From the IMG/VR virus record IMGVR_UViG_3300021425_004462, positions 1-64,000 of that record: DNA of 64,000 nucleotides; one strand, given 5' to 3'. Made by a program: the position numbers and the translations under genes. Source of the stretch: a virus. Under the pieces are notes generated by a model. The model had not been told where the DNA came from. It saw nothing but the letters and a program-made list of their open reading frames with translations, and searched no databases. This document shows positions 53,989 to 63,219 of this stretch, one piece after another; the stretch's first letter is position 1; every line of letters starts with the position of its first letter.

Positions 53989-55083
53989 ATGGGCGCCTTC
54001 GAGACTTTCGTAAATGCTAACTTAGGTATAAGAAAGCCTTTGATCCTTGACGTAGGACATCCTACTGAAAGCTCTAAGGCGGCAGGTATTGTTGGCTCTG
54101 AGTATGTTGATACTCAAACTAATAATGTTTACGAAAAAACTGGAGAAAATAATCTAGAAGATTGGGTTTATGTTAGAACCCTAGGTGACTCGCTAAGAAT
54201 AGACGTCATTAATTTAGATCAACGGGTTGATGAATTAGAGGAGCTGAATAAGGACACTTTAATTTTAAATAAAAGTTCTGCTGCTCAAAATTTTTCATCA
54301 ACCGTTAATTTACCGAATAATATTACCGATTTAAATATAAGCTATGAATCCTTAGGTAATGATGTAGTTTATTTATCCTCTCCTAGGGTTTTTGCTTCGC
54401 TGAGATTTGACTCGGAGCCGAATTCTTTTTATGTATATAATATATTTAATGTAACAACAAGTGATTTTAGTATACAGTTTTCCGATAATGTAATTGAGCC
54501 TGATTGTAAATTAGATATACTTATTTCTGCGTCTGCAAGTCAAATTAGTGGGTACGTAGAGGGAACGACTGGAGATACTGGTGGGACAACTGGAGATACT
54601 GGAGATACTGGAGGAGTAACTGGAGATATTAGCGGGACTTCCTTCGTTTGGTTTAATGAGGTTGATGACCGCTTAATTATAAGAAATACTGTTTTAAAAA
54701 CTGAAGACCCTGCATTAACTTATTGGGAGTACGACGGAAACTATATTAAGCCTCTAGAGTCTGGTTCTTTGTTTAGTGGAGATTACTCTCAGTTTTTTAT
54801 TGAAACGGGTCAAAATATTACTTTATTTGATGAAGCAACAGACGAGTCTTATACTATTAATGACGGCGAAGCTCCTGTAGGAGGTGATGCCCAATCTGTG
54901 ACATTCTTTTCCTCAGAAGATCAAACATTAACAATGCTAGAGTCTCCAGAAGTTTTAACAGATCCTGCTATAGAACTTTTTGAAACAGGAAATAACTCCT
55001 TGATTCCTTTGGGGTCGCCACAAGAAACGCAAGTAGATTCTCAATATTTCCAAGAAACAGGAGATTATGTAACTATAATTTAA
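53989..55083 (+). CDS. Acidic putative virion protein
   Basis: Co-transcribed with portal; TGDTGG linker repeats. Confidence 0.55.
   Translation: MGAFETFVNANLGIRKPLILDVGHPTESSKAAGIVGSEYVDTQTNNVYEKTGENNLEDWVYVRTLGDSLRIDVINLDQRVDELEELNKDTLILNKSSAAQNFSSTVNLPNNITDLNISYESLGNDVVYLSSPRVFASLRFDSEPNSFYVYNIFNVTTSDFSIQFSDNVIEPDCKLDILISASASQISGYVEGTTGDTGGTTGDTGDTGGVTGDISGTSFVWFNEVDDRLIIRNTVLKTEDPALTYWEYDGNYIKPLESGSLFSGDYSQFFIETGQNITLFDEATDESYTINDGEAPVGGDAQSVTFFSSEDQTLTMLESPEVLTDPAIELFETGNNSLIPLGSPQETQVDSQYFQETGDYVTII
54568..54627 (+). repeat. Short imperfect coding repeat (TGD/TGG)
   Basis: actggagat x4 interspersed. Confidence 0.75.
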
Positions 55084-55089
55084 AAAAAT

Positions 55090-55094
55090 GTGTA
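55090..55094 (+). promoter_or_regulatory. GTGTA putative phage promoter element
   Basis: 9 nt before ATG 55104. Confidence 0.65.
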
Positions 55095-55103
55095 TAATAT
55101 AAC

Positions 55104-55619
55104 ATGTCAACAAAAAGTATAATTCCTAGAGGTAGCGGAGAAGGTGGGCTTGGTCTTAATGATGTTAGGTGGGGCGAAGCTTATTTTGATAACGGTCATT
55201 TCAATAGTTTAGAAATTAGCGGGAAAAGAGTTCTCGTTGAAGGTGATGCTCAAGGAGGGTCTTCTCAGGATTTGAGTAATTTTCATGAAAAAAATTCTGA
55301 TGGAGGATTGACTGTTACTGGACAGGTAAATCTTTCGGGGCATATTATCCCGCTAGAAAACGCTCAATTCGATTTGGGTTCTGCAGAGAAAAAAATCAGA
55401 CATCTGTTTTTGAGTGATAATTCTATGTTTATAGGGGACCAGTCAATTTCTGTGGATGATAATAAGAATTTATTACTACCTTCTGGAATAAAACTGGGAG
55501 GAGAAAATGGTTTAAGTATAACTCAAAACCAAGATGGAAGAATAGTTTTCCCAGAGCAGGGATTTGTTATTGGCGGGGGAGACGGTTCTAACGAATTGAT
55601 TGATGGTGGGTATTTTTAA
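55104..55619 (+). CDS. Short tail-fibre-like protein
   Basis: IIPR..GGLG...RW and GHIIP...FDLGSAEKKIRHLFLS fibre repeats; IDGGYF end. Confidence 0.7.
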   Translation: MSTKSIIPRGSGEGGLGLNDVRWGEAYFDNGHFNSLEISGKRVLVEGDAQGGSSQDLSNFHEKNSDGGLTVTGQVNLSGHIIPLENAQFDLGSAEKKIRHLFLSDNSMFIGDQSISVDDNKNLLLPSGIKLGGENGLSITQNQDGRIVFPEQGFVIGGGDGSNELIDGGYF

Positions 55620-55621
55620 TC

Positions 55622-56302
55622 TTATATTGGTTTTAAATTTTTTGTCAATATTTCAAATATAGAATTTTTTATACCTTCGTTACCTTTTCCCCATTTATAC
55701 ATAACGTCATTTCTAATTTGACCCATTTGCTGTTCTATCTTTTGAATTTCTTTTTTGAGTAGATCTATGATTTCCGGAGATATTTTTTTGATATCTATAT
55801 TTAATTCTAGGGCGACTTTAAGTATTTTTCTAAAATCTCCATTCTGTTTTCCCTCCACGACTTCATTGTAGAGGTCTAGCCTTTCTTCTAGTTCTTCCCC
55901 TGTTAGATCTTTGTTTAAGTCTGGATGGGTTTTCTTGACCACTTCTCTGAATAAGTTATTCACTTCTTCATTTGATAATTCAGTAGATCTATCTTTTTTA
56001 TCAGGAACGGATTCAAAGGGGTGTTTTATTTTTTTATTGTCGCAGTACTCTATCATTTTTGCTATGAAGTCTCTACGTATTTCTTCAAATTCTTCAACTA
56101 ATTCTTCGTGCTCTAGATTTAAATATATTGCTTTGTGTCGTAATTTATTAAATATTTTTTTTAGTTTTTTTTGAGCTTCTGGTGCAGAATATTTAACGGG
56201 TAAATTTTCTTTTGTATATTTTTTATTGCTAGGTTCGTGTTTACCTAGCGGATGTTTTTCTCTTTCTGAAAACAAATCGTCAAACAAATCTTTTCTATTC
56301 AT
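55622..56302 (-). CDS. J-domain (DnaJ-like) protein
   Basis: LFREVVKKTHPDLN HPD motif in helical context. Confidence 0.75.
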   Translation of the reverse strand: MNRKDLFDDLFSEREKHPLGKHEPSNKKYTKENLPVKYSAPEAQKKLKKIFNKLRHKAIYLNLEHEELVEEFEEIRRDFIAKMIEYCDNKKIKHPFESVPDKKDRSTELSNEEVNNLFREVVKKTHPDLNKDLTGEELEERLDLYNEVVEGKQNGDFRKILKVALELNIDIKKISPEIIDLLKKEIQKIEQQMGQIRNDVMYKWGKGNEGIKNSIFEILTKNLKPI

Positions 56303-56311
56303 ATATTATTT

Positions 56312-56316
56312 TACAC
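56312..56316 (-). promoter_or_regulatory. GTGTA putative phage promoter element
   Basis: 9 nt before ATG 56302, abutting a terminator U-tract. Confidence 0.65.
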
Positions 56317-56342
56317 AAAAAAAGGCGACCCAAAGGGTCGCC
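56317..56342 (-). terminator. Rho-independent terminator
   Basis: ggcgaccc-aaa-gggtcgcc stem with an A7 tract on the + strand. Confidence 0.85.
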
Positions 56343-56372
56343 CGAGATAACTAAATATCTTTCTCGTAGATG

Positions 56373-57104
56373 TTACGCAATAGAAGCGATGAGCTCTACT
56401 GTATAATTTGAAGAAGGTGTGCTGTCTGCAAATGTTACAGTGGCTGCAGTCGTGCTTACTGAACTAACCATGCATGCGATAATTGGATCACTAGAATTAG
56501 AGCTTTTGAGCTGAGCTACAACGATTGGAGTTGAGCTAAATGTGCGACCAAAGCTAATTGATCCGGAATTGTCGACACCGTTACCTACGCTTGTGCTAAC
56601 TGCGACTACATCATTAGTTGATATATTGTGAGCCAAGCTAGAAATGTCAACATCAAGGTCAGATGTTCCATCTGAGTTTATAGCAGCAAGACTGGAGATA
56701 TCAACATTAACATCTGACAAGTTGTCGGTGTCTACAGCATTTAAGCTAGAAATGTCAGCATTAAGATCTGACAAGTTGTCGGTGTCTACAGAATTTAAGC
56801 TAGAAATGTCAGCATTAAGATCTGACAAGTTGTCGGTGTCTACAGCATTTAAGCTAGAAATGTCAGCATTAAGATCTGACAAGTTGTCGGTGTCTACAGC
56901 ATTTAAGCTAGAAATGTCAGCATTAAGATCTGACAAGTTGTCGGTGTCTACGGTTTGAAGGCTGGAGATATCCGCTTCAATTGTGCCGCGTGACATAAGT
57001 GTGCTGCCTTGTGCACTTTTGATTTCAAAAGCGCCAGCAGAACTCGCTTCAAGGAGGAGATTACCTCCAAGATTTAATGACTCGGTACGAAATACTTTTG
57101 CCAT
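56373..57104 (-). CDS. Fibre-like protein: coiled-coil repeat stalk + C-terminal H-type-lectin/gp53-like beta domain
   Basis: 18-aa repeats DTDNLSDLNADISSLNAV; ISFGRTFSSTPIVVA...VSTTAATV C-domain; ATG 57104. Confidence 0.65.
   Translation of the reverse strand: MAKVFRTESLNLGGNLLLEASSAGAFEIKSAQGSTLMSRGTIEADISSLQTVDTDNLSDLNADISSLNAVDTDNLSDLNADISSLNAVDTDNLSDLNADISSLNSVDTDNLSDLNADISSLNAVDTDNLSDVNVDISSLAAINSDGTSDLDVDISSLAHNISTNDVVAVSTSVGNGVDNSGSISFGRTFSSTPIVVAQLKSSNSSDPIIACMVSSVSTTAATVTFADSTPSSNYTVELIASIA
56713..56951 (-). repeat. 54-bp coding tandem repeat, about 4.5 near-perfect copies plus degenerate flanks
   Basis: tctgacaagttgtcggtgtctacagcatttaagctagaaatgtcagcattaaga unit. Confidence 0.93.
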
Positions 57105-57113
57105 ATATTGATA

Positions 57114-57118
57114 TACAC
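57114..57118 (-). promoter_or_regulatory. GTGTA putative phage promoter element
   Basis: 9 nt before ATG 57104. Confidence 0.65.
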
Positions 57119-57149
57119 GCAAAAATTATTAAATTGAGAATTTTTATTT

Positions 57150-59129
57150 TTATTTAAAGTTGCTCCAATAGCTTATAAATATTTTTTTTAATTGAAGTGG
57201 GTACGACATAAAATGTAATATAAATGTGTTATTATTTACAAATCTGGGGTCAGTATTGAATTCGTTCATTTCAAATATTTTTCTATTAAATCCCGCCGAA
57301 TCTGATCTTTTAAGTATTTGACAAAATATTTCTTGATCTCCTCCACTAGCATATAATGAAGATTTATCCCCCTGGAAATCTCGCCATCTTTTTATTAAGT
57401 TTTTTGTATATTGGTGCGATTTAAATAATAATACTCCGCTGTTTAGCATGGAATTGTTGCCAATATCCTTGGTTGCTAAGATAAATTTTTTAGGAGCTTT
57501 TTGGATTATGCTTTCAAATCTTTTTTCTGGATTAAAGATTAATGTATCGGAATCCATCCATACTATATATTCATGATTATCAATATGATTTAGTAGCGCT
57601 TGCGCTTTCGACCAGTTTGGATTAGATTCTTTTTCAAGTTTTTCGCGGTAAATATAAAATGTATAACCTTGCTTTTCGCAATATTCTTTTATGCATTTTT
57701 CTGAGTAAATGGCATAGTCAGATATTTCTTTTGTGTATAAACTAACTATAGCTATTTTTTGATTTGGATTATATGTGTTGAATTTATTTTTGGGAATTTC
57801 TGCTTTGGGTAATTGATTCGAGATATATTTTAGGAAATTGTAATCTTTGAAATTTTTCCATTGATCTTTGAGTTCAATAAATTGTTGTTGTTTTGTTTTT
57901 AAAAGAGGATTGATTGCGTGTTGAATTAAATTTTCATCACAACAAAAGCATATATTATATGTCTTGCGGGTTGTAATTATTTCTTTAATTTTTTGTTTAA
58001 TGTTTGATTTTTGCTTGTCCCACCAAGAAGCTAGCTTTAGGCGGTACTCATTCTGCCACTCATTTTTTTTTGACAATACCATAATTTCATCTGCAGCTTT
58101 ATCCCAATCAGAAAATTGTATCAATGGGTGATCACTGCCAAATAAATCGTTCCAATATTCATCTGCCTCGATAATAGGAATGCTCCCACCCTCAATAGCT
58201 TCATATAATCTGAACGTATCTGGATTGGTGCGTCCCTTGGGGCAGATAGTAAAAATAGATTGTTCAATTATTTTTTTATACCTTATAATATCAATACTAT
58301 CGTTGGATAGCCAGGACTTATTTACGTTAAGGAAATAAGGAGCGTCAATTTTGCTAAGACTTTTTATTATGTTTTTTCTATTTCCTTTTTTATAAGTTTG
58401 ACCCATGAAGTTCCAGATGTATTTTTTTTGGGTCATATTAAAATATTTTTCATTCATTATTCGTGGGTACATTTTTCGATCTTCCTTTATAATAGTTCGA
58501 ATACCACTATCTTTAGAACTGGTAGATCCTTTATATTCAACATTCATTTCGAAACCTCGAATCAGGAAGTTGTTTAGTTTGTGATATCTAAAACAAAAAA
58601 AAGTAAATATATCTCCATACCAATGTTTTATTTCTTCTGGAATATATGTAAAGTCAGCTTTAAAAAAGCAGAAAAACATTCCAGGTCCATGGTTGATTAC
58701 TGTCTTATAAGGTGTTAGCTCTTTATGGTTGGGGAAATTACTATAATGAAACTCGTGATTTTTATCTGTCACAAGTTTTCCGTTTATGCTATTTGGGTCC
58801 ATGAATATACCTCCAACTTTGTTGGGTATATTATTTAATATAAAATTAAATATATCGCAATCGATTAAGTTGTCGTCATTAATGATGCAACACAATTCGT
58901 TTTTAGCTCTATCTACTCCAAGGTTGGCGCTTGCATTAAAGTATAAACCTGTGCTTTGTCGTAGAATTTTAACTTTATTAAAGCTGTATATCCATTCGGG
59001 AGTATTTTCGATTCTATTGTCGATAATTAATATTTCATCAATATCACCTGTGTTGTCTAAATCACAAATTAATTTTTGCATTAATTTATTGGCTTGCCAA
59101 ACGGTGGGAATTATTACTGAAAATTTCAT
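57150..59129 (-). CDS. Multi-domain glycosyltransferase: GT2-like + exostosin/GT47-like C-half + GT34-like
   Basis: FSVIIPT..INDD; WNFMGQ..CPKG..DTFRLYEAIEGGSIPI; WSK..WMDSD..LNSGV..DQE. Confidence 0.8.
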   Translation of the reverse strand: MKFSVIIPTVWQANKLMQKLICDLDNTGDIDEILIIDNRIENTPEWIYSFNKVKILRQSTGLYFNASANLGVDRAKNELCCIINDDNLIDCDIFNFILNNIPNKVGGIFMDPNSINGKLVTDKNHEFHYSNFPNHKELTPYKTVINHGPGMFFCFFKADFTYIPEEIKHWYGDIFTFFCFRYHKLNNFLIRGFEMNVEYKGSTSSKDSGIRTIIKEDRKMYPRIMNEKYFNMTQKKYIWNFMGQTYKKGNRKNIIKSLSKIDAPYFLNVNKSWLSNDSIDIIRYKKIIEQSIFTICPKGRTNPDTFRLYEAIEGGSIPIIEADEYWNDLFGSDHPLIQFSDWDKAADEIMVLSKKNEWQNEYRLKLASWWDKQKSNIKQKIKEIITTRKTYNICFCCDENLIQHAINPLLKTKQQQFIELKDQWKNFKDYNFLKYISNQLPKAEIPKNKFNTYNPNQKIAIVSLYTKEISDYAIYSEKCIKEYCEKQGYTFYIYREKLEKESNPNWSKAQALLNHIDNHEYIVWMDSDTLIFNPEKRFESIIQKAPKKFILATKDIGNNSMLNSGVLLFKSHQYTKNLIKRWRDFQGDKSSLYASGGDQEIFCQILKRSDSAGFNRKIFEMNEFNTDPRFVNNNTFILHFMSYPLQLKKIFISYWSNFK

Positions 59130-61030
59130 TTTAAAAAATTTTTCTTGCAACCTAATGGAATAAATGAAACGTTATCAGCGACAGCGTCGCTTCTGTAGTA
59201 TTGTCGAAATACATGTTTGAAATTTTTGTAATGATCTATCTCTGCGTAGCAATGTTCGTCACTAAGGTGAACTAATATGCAGTTTTTACATTTATTGAAA
59301 TATTCCTTCAGTGATTTAATTCGGTTTTTTAAAAATTGTCTAACATTTTCTTCATAAAGGTTTACATTTTTTGCATATATATCACTATATACTATAACGC
59401 TATTTTCTTGAGGGTTTTTCATTTCGATATCAAATACTTTTTCGGGATTCATGTCTTGAAATAATTCTAATATAAAATCTTCTTCATATAAGTTATTGTT
59501 TAAGAATACAATTTTTGCCTCAATAGGTTTTGTGATGGACCGCTTTAGTTTATGGAGATCTATCGTGTTTCCCTTTGTGTACATTTTATTATTAAAATCT
59601 TCTGATAAAGAGTTTATGAAAACATTTTTTCTGCCTTGACTAAGGAAGTAATCTAAGTATTTAAAATCTCCATAATCTTCCTTTTTGCCACAAGGAGGTA
59701 GGGGTCTTCCTGGAATTTTAATCCATAGATTTGGAATATTGAATGCATCAGCACAAATTAATCCATGTAGTGAGCTACTTACTATAGCAGAGCAAGAGTA
59801 GATTTTATCTATAACATTTTGCCATTTATCTGTGGGGTTAATTAAATGGAATCTATCGTCATCTCTGATTAAATTTTTAAAAATATCTATATTAGAAATG
59901 TGTGGCACTAATCCTATTTTTTTTCCCAGCTCTTTATTTTTTTTAGGCTTGTAAAACATGGGTAAAAGTAAAGCCGGGTCACCGAGGTAGGTATTGCTAA
60001 CATCCATTCCTGCTGAGCGTACACATTGGAGTGTTAATGGCCCCCTAACGCATCTGAATTCATTATTGAAATTTGGTATCTTTTCTGAGTGGTGGTGTAG
60101 ACCTGCACCGCAGACGATTTCTTTTTCTTTGAGATCGCCTAGAGTTGAACCTATTAGTTTAATTTGTTTATATTCACCTTTACAATTAAATTTTACGCTA
60201 TCTCCGAATAAAAACTTAGCGATGGGCACGTTTAACTCGTCTCCAAAATTGCCGAAACCTTTTTTATAACGCCAGTACGAAACGTTAGTAACTTCTTTGG
60301 ATGAAAATTTTTCTTTATCGTGTCTTATATCTGAGTTTTTATCAATTTCAGGGTTGTCATTTTTTTCATGTAATTGATATGACATTAATGGGTTCAGGTG
60401 GTAAATAGAATTTGGCGCAGAGAATAATTTGTTTTGATTGAAAAATTTTTGCATAAAGTTATCTAGGGCCTCATTTATTCCTCCTTGTTCTACCCACTGA
60501 CATAAAGTGGATGCTGCTTGCTTGCTTAGTATGTATGAGCTTGCGTTCATATGCCAATAATGATCATTTTCTGAGAAGAAATTATTTTTTTTAATATTAA
60601 AGAAGTGGTTATTGTATTCTTTTGTTACCTTATGATAATGAGGTTTATTCCAGGGTTGGCAGCCACCTAGGTATATTAAGTTATAATTATTAGGTATATA
60701 ATTACTGTAAACTTGATTCCAGGAATTGGTAAACCCTTTTTTAAAGACTACATCGTCTTCTAGTATTAAATAATTATCGGCCTCTCTATCTAGTGTTAGC
60801 TGTTTCCATAACCTGTAATGACTTAGAGCGCATGCTATTTCTGCTTTTGTTAGCTTATTGAAAGATTTTTTAAAAATATTTTTTATTTCTTGATTAAGTT
60901 CTAATTCTTTTGCGTTAATAGCTGGAAACCTTTCCGCTGAAAATGGTAGGTTTTTGTTTATATGATCTAACCTATCTTTTCGTCTATCAAGGTTTATAAA
61001 AAAAGATCTACTTATTCGATTTAATTTCAT
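59126..61030 (-). CDS. Multi-domain glycan enzyme: GT25-like + polysaccharide pyruvyltransferase-like + exostosin-like N-half
   Basis: INLDRRKDR..EIACALSH..ILEDD; GNFGDELN..VRGPLT..GDPALL..SSSLHG; HLSDE..FRQYY..IPLG. Confidence 0.8.
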   Translation of the reverse strand: MKLNRISRSFFINLDRRKDRLDHINKNLPFSAERFPAINAKELELNQEIKNIFKKSFNKLTKAEIACALSHYRLWKQLTLDREADNYLILEDDVVFKKGFTNSWNQVYSNYIPNNYNLIYLGGCQPWNKPHYHKVTKEYNNHFFNIKKNNFFSENDHYWHMNASSYILSKQAASTLCQWVEQGGINEALDNFMQKFFNQNKLFSAPNSIYHLNPLMSYQLHEKNDNPEIDKNSDIRHDKEKFSSKEVTNVSYWRYKKGFGNFGDELNVPIAKFLFGDSVKFNCKGEYKQIKLIGSTLGDLKEKEIVCGAGLHHHSEKIPNFNNEFRCVRGPLTLQCVRSAGMDVSNTYLGDPALLLPMFYKPKKNKELGKKIGLVPHISNIDIFKNLIRDDDRFHLINPTDKWQNVIDKIYSCSAIVSSSLHGLICADAFNIPNLWIKIPGRPLPPCGKKEDYGDFKYLDYFLSQGRKNVFINSLSEDFNNKMYTKGNTIDLHKLKRSITKPIEAKIVFLNNNLYEEDFILELFQDMNPEKVFDIEMKNPQENSVIVYSDIYAKNVNLYEENVRQFLKNRIKSLKEYFNKCKNCILVHLSDEHCYAEIDHYKNFKHVFRQYYRSDAVADNVSFIPLGCKKNFLK

Positions 61031-62129
61031 TTATTAATTTACTATATATATTTATATTTTTATATTCAAACGGACTAAATTGACTTAGGTGGGATCGAGC
61101 TTGCTGTGTATATTCACTTAAAGTTTTTTGATGATTTAAGATTGCATTATATAATTGATTGGATCCCATTTTGATGTCGTGTTTGCTATAATAATATCCT
61201 ATATCACATAGACTGGGGCAATTATGGATTAGGGGTAAGCCCATATATAATTGCTCGAAATTCGCATAATTGAATTCATTATCATTCTGGTGGCTAATAA
61301 CTGTACTACCAAACTTACTTAATGCATCGAGTGACCCCCATCTGTTATTAAAAAAACAGAAATTTTTCTTGCTTAAGATATTTAGTCTTTTTACGAAATT
61401 TTCAAAATATTTTCCAGTCCTGATTTTTTCTGCGCAAAAAGTATTGATAGCTCCTAAAGTGCCGGGCCTTTCGGTTTCAAGTCTTTCGCAAATCATTAAG
61501 GGGACAAAGCATGTTTTTATTGTATTTAAGTTTGGTTCGAAAATGCAGATTTTATTAACATAGTCAGGCTTAAAGAATGGATTTAAGTTTTTTTTATTTA
61601 GATCTTTAATTTTATCTTGAACAAAAGATGGTTCCCATATCATGGGAGTTACTATAACATCATCCATCCCGTAGTATGTTTTTATGTATTCTATACCAGA
61701 GGAGTGATGTGGAAGGATCCATATTTGATCTATATACTTATTGGTATCTTTGGGATTAATTTGTATATCTTGATTTTTATATCTTTCGTCAAATAAAGTA
61801 TTATATGTATCTATGTATAATTTATGACCAAAATGAGCTATGATAATTTTTAATTTAGGATTACGATCCTTTAATTCTTTATATATTTTTGCGGGGATAT
61901 CGTATCCCGCGATAATTAGAATGTCTAGTTTTTCGTTTTTATCGATAATTAAATCTTGTAGTAGCATACCCTTGTGCTTAAAATGCATTTTATTTTTGGG
62001 TATATCTTTAGTAATATAATAGCATTCATGACCTATTCTTTTGAATAAATCATAAAGGAAGACAATATTTTGCTGCATTCCATTTGCCCAGAATGCAATG
62101 GACATATCGAGGGTAATTCCTATTTTCAT
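61008..62129 (-). CDS. DUF2827-family putative glycosyltransferase
   Basis: FWANGMQQN, FEPNLN..K, ISHQ..N..NY, PLIHN, GYYY. Confidence 0.75.
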   Translation of the reverse strand: MKIGITLDMSIAFWANGMQQNIVFLYDLFKRIGHECYYITKDIPKNKMHFKHKGMLLQDLIIDKNEKLDILIIAGYDIPAKIYKELKDRNPKLKIIIAHFGHKLYIDTYNTLFDERYKNQDIQINPKDTNKYIDQIWILPHHSSGIEYIKTYYGMDDVIVTPMIWEPSFVQDKIKDLNKKNLNPFFKPDYVNKICIFEPNLNTIKTCFVPLMICERLETERPGTLGAINTFCAEKIRTGKYFENFVKRLNILSKKNFCFFNNRWGSLDALSKFGSTVISHQNDNEFNYANFEQLYMGLPLIHNCPSLCDIGYYYSKHDIKMGSNQLYNAILNHQKTLSEYTQQARSHLSQFSPFEYKNINIYSKLINEIKSNK

Positions 62130-63202
62130 GACAATAATTTTTTATATTTCTCTATCACGAATGGATTGTTAGGTGAGAATTTATTAAGTATAGTTTCAGA
62201 TTGTTTCTTGTATTCTTCTAAATTTTTATCGTGAAAAGTTAACGCTAGCCTTAGTGCTTCAGCGCCTTTTTTCGTATCATATTCAGGGTAGAAATAACCA
62301 GCTGATTTTATATATTCAGAGTTATGCACTAGGGGGATATTGAAATATAATGCTTCAAGATAAGTATAATTCAGCCCGTTTAATAATTGATTTGATAGTG
62401 ATACTGAAATTTTGTTCGCAAATAAATTAGTTACTCTTTGCCTGTGATTGAAATTCACTTTTCCACCTTTTTGTATATCTAGTTGCCACATCATTCTTTT
62501 GAAGAAATTAGCTTCTTTTAGTTTTGATGTGCAATAAACATTTAATGATTCAAATAAACTTTTATCTTCCGAGTAAAGTTCTTCTGCTATCATGATTGAA
62601 GGTAGGCAGTGTTTTGTTGTGTTTAAGTTTGGTTCAAAAATTCCTATATGCTTGGGCTTATCTTTTGAATAAAAGCAACTTTTACCGGCTTTATTCCATA
62701 TCTTTTCATGCATTTTCATATATTGCGAACTCCATATATATGGAAGTTCGAGGACTTTTTCATTTTTGTAATAAGTTCTGAAATAATTGAAGGAAAATTT
62801 GTAATGAGGTGATACCCAATTTTCGTCAACTCTATATGGGATTAAGGGGGATGTTGTATTCCAGCTTGATTGTTCTATGTCAGCTAATAATCTATTTCCA
62901 TAGTGGACATGAATGTTCCTGCATGCAGGTTTAAGTTCTTTTATCTTATCTATTATTGAATGCTTTAGCATCCATGTAGTTTGTAGGACAGCATATAGAT
63001 CATCTATATAATCTAGTATTTCATGCTCTTCTAATATTAATATATCTGTAGGTGGGTCTACGCAATCATCTATTTTGTGATTTACTGCAATTATAGGCTC
63101 GAAGCCTATGTTTTGTAAAAGTTCAGCCAGGAATACAATGTTTTGTTGCAAGCCATTGCTGAAAATTCCGTTTTTGTAATTCGCGGTCAATAATATTCTC
63201 AT
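62126..63202 (-). CDS. DUF2827-family putative glycosyltransferase
   Basis: IFSNGLQQN, PYIWS, FEPNLN..K, NGLNY.YLEALY, PLVHNS, GYFY. Confidence 0.78.
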   Translation of the reverse strand: MRILLTANYKNGIFSNGLQQNIVFLAELLQNIGFEPIIAVNHKIDDCVDPPTDILILEEHEILDYIDDLYAVLQTTWMLKHSIIDKIKELKPACRNIHVHYGNRLLADIEQSSWNTTSPLIPYRVDENWVSPHYKFSFNYFRTYYKNEKVLELPYIWSSQYMKMHEKIWNKAGKSCFYSKDKPKHIGIFEPNLNTTKHCLPSIMIAEELYSEDKSLFESLNVYCTSKLKEANFFKRMMWQLDIQKGGKVNFNHRQRVTNLFANKISVSLSNQLLNGLNYTYLEALYFNIPLVHNSEYIKSAGYFYPEYDTKKGAEALRLALTFHDKNLEEYKKQSETILNKFSPNNPFVIEKYKKLLS

Positions 63203-63212
63203 TGACTAAATT

Positions 63213-63217
63213 TACAC
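63213..63217 (-). promoter_or_regulatory. GTGTA putative phage promoter element of the glycosyltransferase operon
   Basis: 10 nt before ATG 63202. Confidence 0.65.
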
Positions 63218-63219
63218 AA

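Noticed and set aside
56644-56958. Plus-strand repeat ORF, and the 54-bp array as a possible CRISPR
   Set aside because: Units are contiguous with no unique spacers and no cas genes; it is the antisense of a coding repeat
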